A stretch of DNA of 61,072 bases, from IMG/VR virus record IMGVR_UViG_3300017989_000070, one strand, 5' to 3'. The position numbers and the translations under genes are program-made. Below, one piece after another: positions 27,155 to 37,274 of the stretch (the stretch's first letter is position 1; every line of letters starts with the position of its first letter). This stretch comes from an uncultured virus (IMG/VR IMGVR_UViG_3300017989_000070) (Duplodnaviria; Heunggongvirae; Uroviricota; Caudoviricetes). The notes under the pieces were generated by a model. It ran no database searches. It had not been told where the DNA came from and was given only the letters and a program-made list of their open reading frames with translations.

Positions 27155-27643
27155 TCAGATCTTCTCTCCCATGACCTTCCACCGCCCGATGCCCACGGCG
27201 TCGAGCACGTTGTGCTTCAAGCTCTCGGGCACGCCACGCAGCCCCGCCTGAAGCGCCAGCAGTCCGTCGCGGTCGAGACGCTCGATGACGCGCCTGTGGT
27301 TGATGTCCTTGGGTGTCTGCCCCTTCCAGCCCACGGGCTCGACCACCTCGACAGATCCGTGCATCACCATCGCGATGGCCCCTCCGACGAAGGCCAGGTC
27401 GATCAGGTCGTTGGGCTGCATGTACTTGTTGCGCGGGTAGAGCCGGGGCTTCTCCACGATCACGGCGTGGCCCTCGTGGTCGTCCGCCTCGAAGAGCGTG
27501 TCGGAGAGCTTCTCGTACAGGTCGCTCGCGATGTCACCGAGGACCTTCTCCTTCGTGCGCACGAGGCCGCAGGCGACGAGCTTACCGTCGCCCCAGAGGG
27601 CCCAGCCCACGCAATGCTTGCCGGGGTCAAGCGCCAGCAGCAT
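27155..27643 (-). CDS. RuvC-like Holliday junction resolvase
   Basis: LALDPGKHCVGWA..VIVEKP..WKG..HNVLDAVGIG. Confidence 0.8.
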   Translation of the reverse strand: MLLALDPGKHCVGWALWGDGKLVACGLVRTKEKVLGDIASDLYEKLSDTLFEADDHEGHAVIVEKPRLYPRNKYMQPNDLIDLAFVGGAIAMVMHGSVEVVEPVGWKGQTPKDINHRRVIERLDRDGLLALQAGLRGVPESLKHNVLDAVGIGRWKVMGEKI

Positions 27644-29564
27644 CGGGGCGGTCCTCCCAGGGGATGAGCGTGCCGCTCGCGTCGAAGACAGGCTCCGCCT
27701 CCTTGCGCCAGCGCCTCATCAGCGCGGGGCTCGCCTTGATCGGCACGTCGGGGCACCACTTCTGCCCCTCCTCGCACATGATGCGCTCGACGACCTGCGC
27801 GGCTCGGGCGGCGTCCTCCTCGGGGCCTTCGAGGATGTACTCGTCGTGGATGAAGTTCCAGACCTTCCACCCGCGAAGCTCGCCGATCTCGCAGGCCATC
27901 ACGAGCGCGAAACCCGCGGCCTTGGCGAGGTCAGCGGCGAGCCCCTGGAAGAAGCTGTTGCACGCCACGGTGTAGAGCACGTCAGCGCGCACGCGCTTCG
28001 AGGCCCACTGGGTGATGGTCGTGAGCTTGTAGTCCTTGCCATCACGCACGACCTCACGCCAGGGGAGGTCGTTGCGGATGCGGTCGAAGTACCCGCCCAT
28101 CTCCCGCCACCTGCCGAACCAGCGGTCCTGAAGCGACTCGGCGAAGACGGACGAGATCTCGATGCCGTACCCCCGGGCGTAGTCGCAGAACGTGCCTGCC
28201 GCCATCCCACCAGGGAAGCCGAAGTTCGCGACCTTCGAGATCTGCCGCGCCTCCTTCACCTCCTTGCGCCGCGGGTGGTTCAGGTCCTTGTAGATCGCGA
28301 GCGCCTCGTCATAGGGGATGTCGAGAAGCTCCGCGCCGAGCGCCAGGTGGGGGTCACCCCCGGCGATGAGAACCTTGGCAAGCTCGCTCTCCCCCAGCAT
28401 CCACAGGCAGACCTGGGACAACGTGCAAAGCTCCAGGGTGTCGTAGTCGCTCGCGAGGAAGACGTTCCCCTTCGCGGGGACGAAGCACTCGCGCTCGCCC
28501 ACGGCGCGGCGCATGTTCTGGATCTGGTAGCCGTTGACCGGGCTCCCCTTCGAGGGCTTGCGGCACGAGGTGCGGCCCGTCTCCATGAGTGAGTCGAAGC
28601 TCGGGTTGATAGGCGCGTCCACACCCGCGTAGAGCGCCTGGATGCGGGTCAGGAGGTTCTTGCGGCTCCCATACCGCTGGTAGGCCATGAGAATCTCGTC
28701 GCCCGTGGCCTCGCAGGCGTCCTCGTCGAGCGACGTGTAGCCCTTCTTCGTCGTGGGCGTCTTGATGTTCTTCGCCTTGCACACCTCGTCCATGCGGTCG
28801 CGAGCAGCCTGGAGGTTCCGCCGCCCTCCCGGGCGCACCAGGCCTTTCTCGATGAGCACGGCCTTGTCCTTCTCGTACAACTCGCGCTCGGACTTCTCGA
28901 AGGCCTTGATCTGCTCGTAGTCCGTGCGGACGCCTGCCGCGCCGATGAGGTGCATCGTCCACGCCGCGCGAGCCTGGCGATACTCGTCGGGGGAGATAGG
29001 GCTCTTCCCTTGCTTCAGGAACACGTGACGAGTGGACTCCACGTCGTGGGCGGCGTACTGGCGCGCGGCCTCGGGCCACGCCGTGAACGGGATGCCCCAC
29101 AACTCGCTGTAGCGCAGCCGCCAGGGGTCGTTCGCGTCCTTCTTGTCGCCGTACCGGGCCGCGAGGGTGGCGAGGCTGAAGCCCTTGCCGCGAAGCTGGA
29201 AGAAGCGCCCGTTCGCGATCAGCTTCAGCTTCTCGCGGACCATCGTGTCGGTGATCCGGTCGTTGGCGTAGGCGTCGAAGATGAGGGGCATCAGGTCGGG
29301 GTACTGCCGCCCGATGACCAGAAGGTCGAAGGCGATGTTGTGGCCGACGATCAACTCGTCGCTGCGAAGGATGCCCTCGACCACGTTGCGCACCTCGTCC
29401 ACGCCCATGACGAAGACGCGCACGGGGCCGTCGTCCTGGGCAACCTGAAGGCAGACGAGCGGCGGGGCGAGCAGGCCGGGGCCTATGAGATACGTCTCAG
29501 TATCAAGGACGAACAAGTGATCACCTCGAATCGAGTGTTTCCGGCCACGTGCAGCCGGAAACAC
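27627..29564 (-). CDS. polA: family A DNA polymerase with 3'-5' exonuclease domain
   Basis: DTET, GHNIAFD, YAAHD; TGRTSC; DYDTLEL (motif A); RQISKVANFG (B); IHDEY (C). Confidence 0.95.
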   Translation of the reverse strand: MFPAARGRKHSIRGDHLFVLDTETYLIGPGLLAPPLVCLQVAQDDGPVRVFVMGVDEVRNVVEGILRSDELIVGHNIAFDLLVIGRQYPDLMPLIFDAYANDRITDTMVREKLKLIANGRFFQLRGKGFSLATLAARYGDKKDANDPWRLRYSELWGIPFTAWPEAARQYAAHDVESTRHVFLKQGKSPISPDEYRQARAAWTMHLIGAAGVRTDYEQIKAFEKSERELYEKDKAVLIEKGLVRPGGRRNLQAARDRMDEVCKAKNIKTPTTKKGYTSLDEDACEATGDEILMAYQRYGSRKNLLTRIQALYAGVDAPINPSFDSLMETGRTSCRKPSKGSPVNGYQIQNMRRAVGERECFVPAKGNVFLASDYDTLELCTLSQVCLWMLGESELAKVLIAGGDPHLALGAELLDIPYDEALAIYKDLNHPRRKEVKEARQISKVANFGFPGGMAAGTFCDYARGYGIEISSVFAESLQDRWFGRWREMGGYFDRIRNDLPWREVVRDGKDYKLTTITQWASKRVRADVLYTVACNSFFQGLAADLAKAAGFALVMACEIGELRGWKVWNFIHDEYILEGPEEDAARAAQVVERIMCEEGQKWCPDVPIKASPALMRRWRKEAEPVFDASGTLIPWEDRPDAAGA

Positions 29565-29623
29565 ACGTTTTCGAGATCACCCCCGAGAGCCGTGCACGCC
29601 CGTCTTCCCGGAGGCGTGGCGGG

Positions 29624-30262
29624 TCAGGACTTGCGGGGGCGGTTGCCCCACTCGGGGTGCTGCGGGTGGTACTCGTAGTCCGTCGCGTTCGGGTTGACGA
29701 TCGCCGGACCAGCACCCGCGGCCCACGCCTCCTGGGTCAACGGGGGCTCGGGCACGCCAGCGCCGGGGGGCGGGGGCGGGGGCGCGGCCTCGCCAGCCGG
29801 GGCCTGCGGCGCGGGGGAGTCGTCGTCATCGTCCCGGGGCGGCGCCCAGGTGTGAACGGTGAACTCGAAGTTCGCCTTGGTCGTGATGACCTCGGTCGAG
29901 AGACGCAGCAGACGACCGGCGTAGGGCTGGGCGTCGCTGACCGCGTTCTGGAACACATCGGCGGTCCAGGGATGGGAGTTCGCGTCTTGGATGCGCTCCA
30001 AGGCGGCGAGGAACGCCTTGATGTTCCCGAGGTCGGTCTGCGCGCGGGTCTCGGGGCGCTGGACCCAGGAACGCTCGGCGCCGGGCGGGTTGTCGATCGT
30101 GCCCTCCACGATCGTGAACTCGACCACCCAGAGGGTTCCGAAACCCTGGTTCGACGGCTGCTCCTTGACCTTGTCGACACGAATCAGAAACTCCCCGGCC
30201 TCCTTGATCTTGACGCCGCGGCCCTGAACCTTCGCTCCTGCCATTTGCTCGTAGATGCTCAT
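29624..30262 (-). CDS. putative single-stranded DNA-binding protein
   Basis: OB-like beta strands with acidic/Pro tail; lies between helicase and polymerase. Confidence 0.55.
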   Translation of the reverse strand: MSIYEQMAGAKVQGRGVKIKEAGEFLIRVDKVKEQPSNQGFGTLWVVEFTIVEGTIDNPPGAERSWVQRPETRAQTDLGNIKAFLAALERIQDANSHPWTADVFQNAVSDAQPYAGRLLRLSTEVITTKANFEFTVHTWAPPRDDDDDSPAPQAPAGEAAPPPPPPGAGVPEPPLTQEAWAAGAGPAIVNPNATDYEYHPQHPEWGNRPRKS

Positions 30263-31893
30263 GTCTTTCTCCTTGGTCTTACCTTCTCGAACAGGATCGT
30301 TGCCTCTAACAGTTTCTGTGGACTTCCCGTGATCTGTTGCTGGTACTTGGCGTCTGACTTGGCCTGATAAAATGCTTGTACGTTTTCTTGACACCCGAAG
30401 AAGACTTCGACTGACACCTCGTCGGCTTTCTGGCCGTCACGGTGCGTCCTGCCGAGCAACTGCTCCCACGCCATTCCCGTTGTTGGTGGAGTCAGAACGA
30501 GGTTCTTCGAGTAATGCTGGAGGTTCCTTCCTTCGGTATTTGCCGCTATGCTTGCGCTGATTCCGGCTGTTGCTCTTTCGATGATGTTCTGGTTCTTGTC
30601 CTTGCCAAGCTCACCGTAATACGGTGCGCCAAGCTGGTCAAGTTTTTTACCGACTGCGACGAGATCAGTCCAGACGATGCCACCTTCTTCACGAGCCCAC
30701 TTCGCCGCTCTCTCCACGATAGTCTCGTCGATCCACACCGTTTCGATGCTTGGTGTGTACATCGATCTCACCGCCATCCAGTTGCGGTACTCGGACCTGT
30801 CGCAGTGACGGGCGGCGACCTGGGCCTCACTGTCGAGCGTTCGGCTGCGCAGCAGAATCGAGCGCACGAGCGCAGCCCACTTGCGCCTGGCTTCGAGCCA
30901 CTCGGCGGGAGGGGTGGGGTTCCAGCGGTAGTAGAAGCCGAGCGAGATCTCCCGGGCGTTGCGCCACACGTCCGCCGCGGAGGTCAACGGGATGCCGTCA
31001 GGGGTCTCCCACTTCTCTTCGAGGTCGGCGAGCGCGGTGCCCACCGCCCGGCCCGGGACGTAGTCCTCCCACCAGTCACTGATGACGAGGCTCGCGTCGA
31101 TGGGGCTCTCGCTGGTCGCGACGACGCCCGGTGTCTCGACGATGCGCCGCTGGACGCCCTCGCGCACCTCTTCGAGCCGGGGGCCCTCCCCGAAGCGTTC
31201 GAGCGGCCCCGGCCTGTAGCGGCTCTCGGGCGCCTCGTCGAGCGCGCCGCTCCACTCGATCAGGTCGGCGTACTGGATCGGAACCGGCGAGCCATCTCCC
31301 AGGCACCACTCGGCGATGTGGGCGAAGTCCATGATCGAGCGCCGGGTCAACGTGCCCGAGAGCGCGACGAAGATCGTCCCGGGGTTTGCGGTCATGTAGC
31401 GGCCCACCCGGCGGGTGACCGCGGCGCGGACGTTCTTCAGCCGGTGCGCCTCGTCGGCGATGATCAGGTCGGGCTGGTAGCGGTCGAGGAAGTCGGCCCA
31501 GTTCGCCCGGCCCAGCTTCTCGTAGCTCTGGAGCTTGGGCTCGACCGAGGGCCCCCAGTGTTCGCGAAGCTCGGCAAAATCGAAAATAGTCTTCTCCCGG
31601 AGCTTCGCAGGCACGAGCAGGAGGGGGCGCTTCGCATCGACCATCTCGGGCGCGAGGAACGAGATCAGCGTCTTACCGCCGCCGACCCGCACCAGGCCCA
31701 GGAGACCGCGGAGCAGGTGAATCTCCCCGAGCGCCTGGGCCTGGATGGGCCGAAGCTCCTGCGTCCCCCCGGGTCGCCTGAGCGCGAGGGTGAGACGCTC
31801 GACACCGAGGGGCGGATCGAGACGCCGCGGGAGCGCCTCGATCCGCCGGAACTCGGGAGACTCCGAGACGGTGCCTGCGTACCCCCAGAGCAT
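30259..31893 (-). CDS. superfamily 2 helicase
   Basis: VGGGKT, DEAH, LSGT, QLLGRTHRDGQ. Confidence 0.9.
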   Translation of the reverse strand: MLWGYAGTVSESPEFRRIEALPRRLDPPLGVERLTLALRRPGGTQELRPIQAQALGEIHLLRGLLGLVRVGGGKTLISFLAPEMVDAKRPLLLVPAKLREKTIFDFAELREHWGPSVEPKLQSYEKLGRANWADFLDRYQPDLIIADEAHRLKNVRAAVTRRVGRYMTANPGTIFVALSGTLTRRSIMDFAHIAEWCLGDGSPVPIQYADLIEWSGALDEAPESRYRPGPLERFGEGPRLEEVREGVQRRIVETPGVVATSESPIDASLVISDWWEDYVPGRAVGTALADLEEKWETPDGIPLTSAADVWRNAREISLGFYYRWNPTPPAEWLEARRKWAALVRSILLRSRTLDSEAQVAARHCDRSEYRNWMAVRSMYTPSIETVWIDETIVERAAKWAREEGGIVWTDLVAVGKKLDQLGAPYYGELGKDKNQNIIERATAGISASIAANTEGRNLQHYSKNLVLTPPTTGMAWEQLLGRTHRDGQKADEVSVEVFFGCQENVQAFYQAKSDAKYQQQITGSPQKLLEATILFEKVRPRRKT

Positions 31894-33773
31894 CAGATCA
31901 CGCGCACCACGCGACGGCAGAACGACTCCAACACGTGGTGGCAGTCCTTGTGCTCGGTGATGTACTTGCTGCACACGATCGAGACCGAGGGGTCGAGCTT
32001 CGGAAGCTCCTGCGCCACGCGCTCGGCCAGGATGTGAGCGCCCTTGCCGAAACCCCCCTCCTCGGTCAAGCGGTAGTGGGTCTCGGGGCTGATCTCATCG
32101 ACCAGCGGCTGGACGAACTTCGAGAAGTTGACGACAAGCTCGCCCTCGGGAGCGCAGCCGATGTAGAGCGTGTCGAAGTACGGGCCCCTCTGGGAGGTCC
32201 CGGCGTCCGCGCCCATGTTCTCGTTCTTGAAGTGGTCCGAGACCTTCATCTCCTCGCCTGCGGCACCGCCGATGGTGGGAGGGGCCGTCTCCGCAGACGG
32301 GGGAGCGGGAGGGGCCGTCTCCGCAGCCGGGGGAGCGGGAGGGGCCGTCTCCGCAGCCGGGGGAGCGGGAGGAGCCGTCTCCGCCGAGGGCTCGGGCGCG
32401 GCGCCACCGTAGATCTCGATCGCCATGTCCCGGAGCTTCTTCTCGCCGAAGCGGCAGGACTTGTCGACGTGACCACCTGCGAGCAGGAGTTCCTTCAACT
32501 CGGCGCGGTCCATGTCGTGGGGGCTCTTGGTCGGAGCCGGTCCCGTCGCCACAGGAGTCGCAGGCGCAGGCGCAGGCGCAGGCGCAGGCGCAGGCGCAGG
32601 CGCAGGCGGGGGCGGCGCGGCCTGCTCGGGCACAGGCGGCTTCTCGGTCGGCTCGGGCGTCGGGGGGATGTTCGTCTCCGGCACCGCGGCAGGCGGGGGC
32701 GCGACGGCCTCGGACGGCGTGGGGGTGGCCGGTGCGGCGACCGTCTGCGAGGGAGGCGGCGGAGGCGGTGGGGGCGCGGCCTGTGCCGGAGGCGGCGGGG
32801 GCGCGGCCTGTGCCGGAGGCGGCGGGGGCGCGGCCTGTGCCGGAGGCGGCGGGGGCGCGGCCTGTGCCGGGGGAGGCGGGGGCGCTGCACCCTCCGCCGC
32901 GAGGCGCTGGTCGATGAAGGAGTTCAGGTTGAACTCGCCGTTGCCGTTGCTCATGATGCTCACCAATCTTTCTCCGAGCGTGCTCTTGTTCTGGCTGAAG
33001 CAGATGTCCCTGAAAAAGCAGCCCCCGTAGGCGCCGCAGTGTCCGAAGTTCGTGGGCAGGTCCTCGACGCGGTCGTGGCGCTTGCAGACCTGCATGGCGT
33101 TGGCCACGCGCAGCCACCGCTTGAAGGCGATGAAGACCGAGGCGCGGATCATCGAGACCTGCGTCTTCTTCGCCTTGGGTGGCCCGTGGTTCATGTAGTA
33201 GACCCAGCGCAGGTAGGCGTAGGGCCAGGGGTAGCGGGTCAGCGCCGCGGCGGCGTAGATGATCGCCTGCACGTCGACCGCGAGGTCCTCCTCGGTCAGC
33301 GCCCACTTGAAGTTGGTCGTGGTCTTGTGGTCGAGGACCAGCTTCTCCCCCGGGGTCAAGCAGTCGATGAAGCCCGTGAAGTGCACAGGCTCCATGCCGT
33401 CCTCGGTGGCGCGCAGGTAGAACCGCTGCTCGACGAGGTTCTTACCCGGCACGGGCAGGTGCTGGATGCCAGCCTTGAAGATGCGCCCGGGGTAGCGCAC
33501 GCCGTTGGTGACCGTGAAGGTCTTGTTCTCGTCGGGCAGCGTGCCGTTCTCCAACCACCGCTCGGCCACCGAGTGCACCTCGGTCCCCAGCGCCTGGCTC
33601 GGGGTCGAGGGCGAGCGCATCCCGGCGATCTTCTCGTAGCCCCACTTGCGGGGGCAGTCGCGGAACGTCTTGACCTGGGAGGGGGAGCAGACGTAAGCGC
33701 CTCCGGGGGGCTTGTCGGTGATCTCGGTCGTGACGGTGCCGACACGGGTCGACGCTGGGCTCATCAGGGGCAT
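31893..33773 (-). CDS. PD-(D/E)XK Cas4/RecB-like exonuclease with long Pro/Ala-rich tail
   Basis: SPSQVKTFRDCPRKW, GTEVH, GFID, DHKTT, CGAYGGCFFRDIC. Confidence 0.85.
   Translation of the reverse strand: MPLMSPASTRVGTVTTEITDKPPGGAYVCSPSQVKTFRDCPRKWGYEKIAGMRSPSTPSQALGTEVHSVAERWLENGTLPDENKTFTVTNGVRYPGRIFKAGIQHLPVPGKNLVEQRFYLRATEDGMEPVHFTGFIDCLTPGEKLVLDHKTTTNFKWALTEEDLAVDVQAIIYAAAALTRYPWPYAYLRWVYYMNHGPPKAKKTQVSMIRASVFIAFKRWLRVANAMQVCKRHDRVEDLPTNFGHCGAYGGCFFRDICFSQNKSTLGERLVSIMSNGNGEFNLNSFIDQRLAAEGAAPPPPPAQAAPPPPPAQAAPPPPPAQAAPPPPPAQAAPPPPPPPPSQTVAAPATPTPSEAVAPPPAAVPETNIPPTPEPTEKPPVPEQAAPPPPAPAPAPAPAPAPAPATPVATGPAPTKSPHDMDRAELKELLLAGGHVDKSCRFGEKKLRDMAIEIYGGAAPEPSAETAPPAPPAAETAPPAPPAAETAPPAPPSAETAPPTIGGAAGEEMKVSDHFKNENMGADAGTSQRGPYFDTLYIGCAPEGELVVNFSKFVQPLVDEISPETHYRLTEEGGFGKGAHILAERVAQELPKLDPSVSIVCSKYITEHKDCHHVLESFCRRVVRVI
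32279..32885. repeat. coding tandem repeats (30-bp, 6-bp and 27-bp units)
   Basis: ETAPPAPPAA x3-4 (about 32279-32387); GCAGGC x8 (about 32560-32607); AQAAPPPPP x4 (about 32770-32885). Confidence 0.9.
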
Positions 33774-36211
33774 TAGTCCTCCTCGACAGGGTCGACCTCG
33801 ATGACCCACCACTCGCGCCCGTGGAACCCGCCCTGGTGCAGGATGAGCCCGTCGAACACACGGTTGCGAAAACGCTTGAAGAGCTTGCCCACCGACTGCG
33901 CCGTGGGCTTGTTCGAGCGGTGGGTCGTGAACGTCTCCAACACGTCGCGCAGGTCGTCGAACTCCTCGCGCTCCTCGGCGGTCTGCGAGAAGGCGTAGAG
34001 CTTGTCGATGACCTCGTTGCACTTCATCTTGCCGCCCTCGTGCTCGGCGCAGAGCTTCTGCATGCCGTGGACGAGGATCGAGCCGTTGATCTGGTCCTCG
34101 TCCACGTACTTCATCGACTGCCGCGCGACCAGCGGGTCCTCGTACCCGGCCCAGACGACCGCGTTGCGGATGACGTCCGACCAGCCCCGGTAGTCACTCC
34201 ATCCCTTGAGGCCCTGGTCCGGCGCGCCCTCGGCGAAGAAGCCGTGAAGGATGCTGAGCGCCGCCCAGTACAGGTCCTCACGGTTGTCCGAGACGTAGCC
34301 GAGCAGCGCGGGGTGGGCGAACTTGTCACGCTCCTCGGGTCGCTCCAGCTTCGACTCCAGGCGGCACCAGCAGACGCGCCTCGCCATGTCCGCCCTGAGC
34401 GAGACGTTGTTCCCCGTGGCGAACCACAGGGGGCGGAAGGGGCCGGTCCACATCTTGGTCGAGCCGAGGATGCGGTCGGTCCACGTCCCGTTGTGGAGCG
34501 TGAGCGCCTCGCAGAGCTTCGCGGTGCCGAACTGGCCGGTGACGTTGTCGATGAGGATCGTCTGCGCGCCGGAGACCGCGAGGCTGGTGATCTGCTTGCG
34601 GTCCTCCTCGTTGTCGCTGCCGAGCGCAGCGCCCACCGCGCCGCCGGGGGTGACGATGAGCGAGGCCGCGCTCGCGGCCAGCGTCTTCCCCGCCCCGCGG
34701 ACGTTGGCGTCGATCAGGAAGAGCGGCGAGGGCCCCTTGAATGCGAAGCGCCCGGCGCCGGTCAGGATGGCGGCGAAGAGCGCGGAGTAGTGGGCGTCCT
34801 CGAAGGGGAAGTCGCGGAAGACGTTGTCGATCATCCGGCAGGCCAGGTCGGGGTGGTAGGGCTCGGTGTTCACGGTCCGGGCGCCGAAGGACAGGATGCC
34901 GTCCTCGTACACGTCCCCCAGCGAGATGGTGCCGTCGTGGCGCAGGAAGGGCCCCTCGACCACGGCGCGCAGGTAGGGCAGGTCCTTGTGCTCGCCCAGG
35001 TCGTGGAGCATGGAGCAGACCGGCTCCGGGGGCATCTTGGGCACCTCGTCCCCGTCCGCGTTGCGGCGCACCCACCGGGCCGCGCTGCTGAGCACGGCGC
35101 GGATCACAGACGGGGTCGCGAACTCGATGTTCGGGGGCTCGACCACGCCGTCAGGCAGGTTCTCCCCGACGTGGACCACGCAGAGCTTGCCGCCGCGCCG
35201 GTAGAGCCGCGCTGGCTCCTGCCGGGAGAGCGCGGTGATCGCCTGTTGGGCCATCTCCTCGATGTTGACGCCGATGTGGATGATGTTCTCGTCGGCGGCG
35301 CGCTCGCGGTTGTACTGCACCTGCCGCTCGAACTTGTCGACCACCGTCTCGCGAGAGGGCGCCCCATCCACGTCAGACATCGCGTCGATGGACGGCTGGA
35401 ACAGGTCGGCGATCATGTTGGGGTCGGCGCGGGGGAACTTCTCGGCCAGCGGCTGGAGCATGCGGAACAGGACCGTGTCCCGCTGCCCCTTCTCGGCGAA
35501 GGGCTCGCCCTTGTACACCGCCTTGAACGCGGTGGGGTAGCGCCCCTTGCGCGAGAAGTGGCGGATGTCGTCGATGGTCACGATGTCCGGTGGCCGAAGC
35601 TCCTCGGGGACGAGCTTCCCGTTGGCGAGGTCGATCACCTTCTGGGGGAAGGTCGCGAGGTTCGAGGTCAGCGGGTTCAGCGCGATGTAGCTGTTGCCGC
35701 TGTGGTGGGTCGACGGGGGGATGACAGCCATGCCGTTCTTGGTCCCCCGCACGTCGAACCCGGCGAACCCCGAGACGCGAGCCGCCGTCTTCGCCTTGCC
35801 CCGCCCGAGGAGGTGGAAGCCCCCGCTGCCCGTCTGGAAGAAGGCGAAGGTGCCCTCCTCGTGGTCAGGGGGGCGCTGGAGGTCGATCTCCGGGCACCAC
35901 TTGAGCAGCCGTTCGAGCACCGCCTTTCCTTCAGGGCCGTCGAAGTCGAGCACAACCAACTGGTCACCAGGCACGAGGCCCACGTTGGTGGGCAACGACC
36001 AGTCCCAGGCCAATACCTCGTCGGGGTTGTTGGTTGCCGCTGCCTGCCACCCGCCGACCCGTGGGTGCTTGCCGGGGCTCTTGCAGTGGACGCCCTTGAT
36101 GCAGGAGCACGCGCCCTTGTAGAGACCATAGACCGGGATGAGCTTGTAGCCAGCGGCGGCGAGACGAACAGCTTCTTCTTGCACATGAGCCTGTGCAGAG
36201 GTAACATCCAC
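33773..36211 (-). CDS. bifunctional primase-polymerase fused to a P-loop helicase-like domain
   Basis: PGKHP, VLDFDG, TGSGGFH, DVRG..PPSTH; C-terminal RGAGKT and ILIDNV. Confidence 0.9.
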   Translation of the reverse strand: MDVTSAQAHVQEEAVRLAAAGYKLIPVYGLYKGACSCIKGVHCKSPGKHPRVGGWQAAATNNPDEVLAWDWSLPTNVGLVPGDQLVVLDFDGPEGKAVLERLLKWCPEIDLQRPPDHEEGTFAFFQTGSGGFHLLGRGKAKTAARVSGFAGFDVRGTKNGMAVIPPSTHHSGNSYIALNPLTSNLATFPQKVIDLANGKLVPEELRPPDIVTIDDIRHFSRKGRYPTAFKAVYKGEPFAEKGQRDTVLFRMLQPLAEKFPRADPNMIADLFQPSIDAMSDVDGAPSRETVVDKFERQVQYNRERAADENIIHIGVNIEEMAQQAITALSRQEPARLYRRGGKLCVVHVGENLPDGVVEPPNIEFATPSVIRAVLSSAARWVRRNADGDEVPKMPPEPVCSMLHDLGEHKDLPYLRAVVEGPFLRHDGTISLGDVYEDGILSFGARTVNTEPYHPDLACRMIDNVFRDFPFEDAHYSALFAAILTGAGRFAFKGPSPLFLIDANVRGAGKTLAASAASLIVTPGGAVGAALGSDNEEDRKQITSLAVSGAQTILIDNVTGQFGTAKLCEALTLHNGTWTDRILGSTKMWTGPFRPLWFATGNNVSLRADMARRVCWCRLESKLERPEERDKFAHPALLGYVSDNREDLYWAALSILHGFFAEGAPDQGLKGWSDYRGWSDVIRNAVVWAGYEDPLVARQSMKYVDEDQINGSILVHGMQKLCAEHEGGKMKCNEVIDKLYAFSQTAEEREEFDDLRDVLETFTTHRSNKPTAQSVGKLFKRFRNRVFDGLILHQGGFHGREWWVIEVDPVEED

Positions 36212-36273
36212 GGAAGATACACCTTTCTATAGAAGGCGCCACCTCGCCCAGGTCCGGCGCCTTCTTTCTGCCC

Positions 36274-36303
36274 AATGTAGCCCTAAAAAAGCGGGGCGGT
36301 CAA
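36274..36303 (-). promoter_or_regulatory. sigma70-like promoter of the replication operon
   Basis: TTGACC-N18-TACATT; perfect 10-bp inverted repeat at 36231-36265 just downstream. Confidence 0.55.
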
Positions 36304-36730
36304 GAAAAAATAACGGTGTGTGCGCGGCATTTCGCTCTGCCCGAGAGGGTTACTTTCGTGAAATACTCCGTCCTTCTTGACCTTCCCAATCGGGTAAATC
36401 GAGATAGTAATGTTTTCACTGTAAATTTCAAACCTCCGGGTTTCGTCGGGTGATATTGCGCCACCGATAAATTGAACCCAGGTTATTCATGTCGAACCCA
36501 GATTCAGAAAATAATTTCAGGTGAATCACAATTCAGTTTGGCCGAAAAAGTCAGTTCAGATTCGGTTATACTGGTTCATACTCCGACTGACGCAGAATAC
36601 TGTGTCCAAAACCTTCATGCGGGTGAAAGGTCAAAAATTTTTTTGAAAAAAAGTGAGTTTACCCTATATAGGGGATTTGGACACAGTATTCCGCGTACTG
36701 CGTGATTTCGCATATTTAGGTCTGGTCAAC
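36304..36730. other. AT-rich non-coding region, candidate replication origin
   Basis: Most AT-rich stretch in the window; directly upstream of prim-pol; recurring TTCAG and AACCCAG words. Confidence 0.5.
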
Positions 36731-36913
36731 AAGTTCCGGTTTCTCGCTATGGGTTCGGGGCGCTGGTGGACCGGCTGCGGGGCACCCGGGCATGCCTCCC
36801 GCTTGTGCCGCTCCACCCCCGGCGATAAGATGGGCTCGTGGGGCGGCACGACCGCCGTCTGGTGATTCCCCCCTATCGCCCCAGGTCGTGCCGCCCCTCA
36901 CCGAGGAGGGGCT

Positions 36914-37261
36914 GTGAAGGTTCAGGTCATCGACATCAGCACCGGGCACCCCCAGGAGGTGGGCCGCATCAAGTTCAGGGTGCTGCCCCGCAGGGGTGAC
37001 CTCGTCATGTTCCGCATCGGCACGGTCAAGGGCGTGTTCGAGGTCGACGCGGTCATCCACAAGATCGACCTGGGCGACCAGGAGATCGCGTTGCGGGTCA
37101 GGCAGCACGCCGTGTCCGCGCGCCAGCCCCCGCCGGGGCGGCGGCAGCAGGCGCAGCAGGCGCAGCAGGCGCAGCAGGTGCAGGCGCTGCCCCCTGCGCG
37201 ACAGGCGCCGACCAACCCCCAGTTCCCCGAGGCGGATGGCGACCTGTACTATCAGGGCTGA
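36914..37261 (+). CDS. hypothetical protein with QQA repeat
   Basis: GAGGAGG RBS; GCAGCAGGC tandem. Confidence 0.65.
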   Translation: MKVQVIDISTGHPQEVGRIKFRVLPRRGDLVMFRIGTVKGVFEVDAVIHKIDLGDQEIALRVRQHAVSARQPPPGRRQQAQQAQQAQQVQALPPARQAPTNPQFPEADGDLYYQG

Positions 37262-37274
37262 GCCGCCCCCGCCG

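Noticed and set aside
31893..33773. Cas4-like nuclease and adjacent repeats as a CRISPR-Cas locus
   Set aside because: Repeats are in-frame coding tandems with no unique spacers; no other cas genes; the gene sits in a replication operon.
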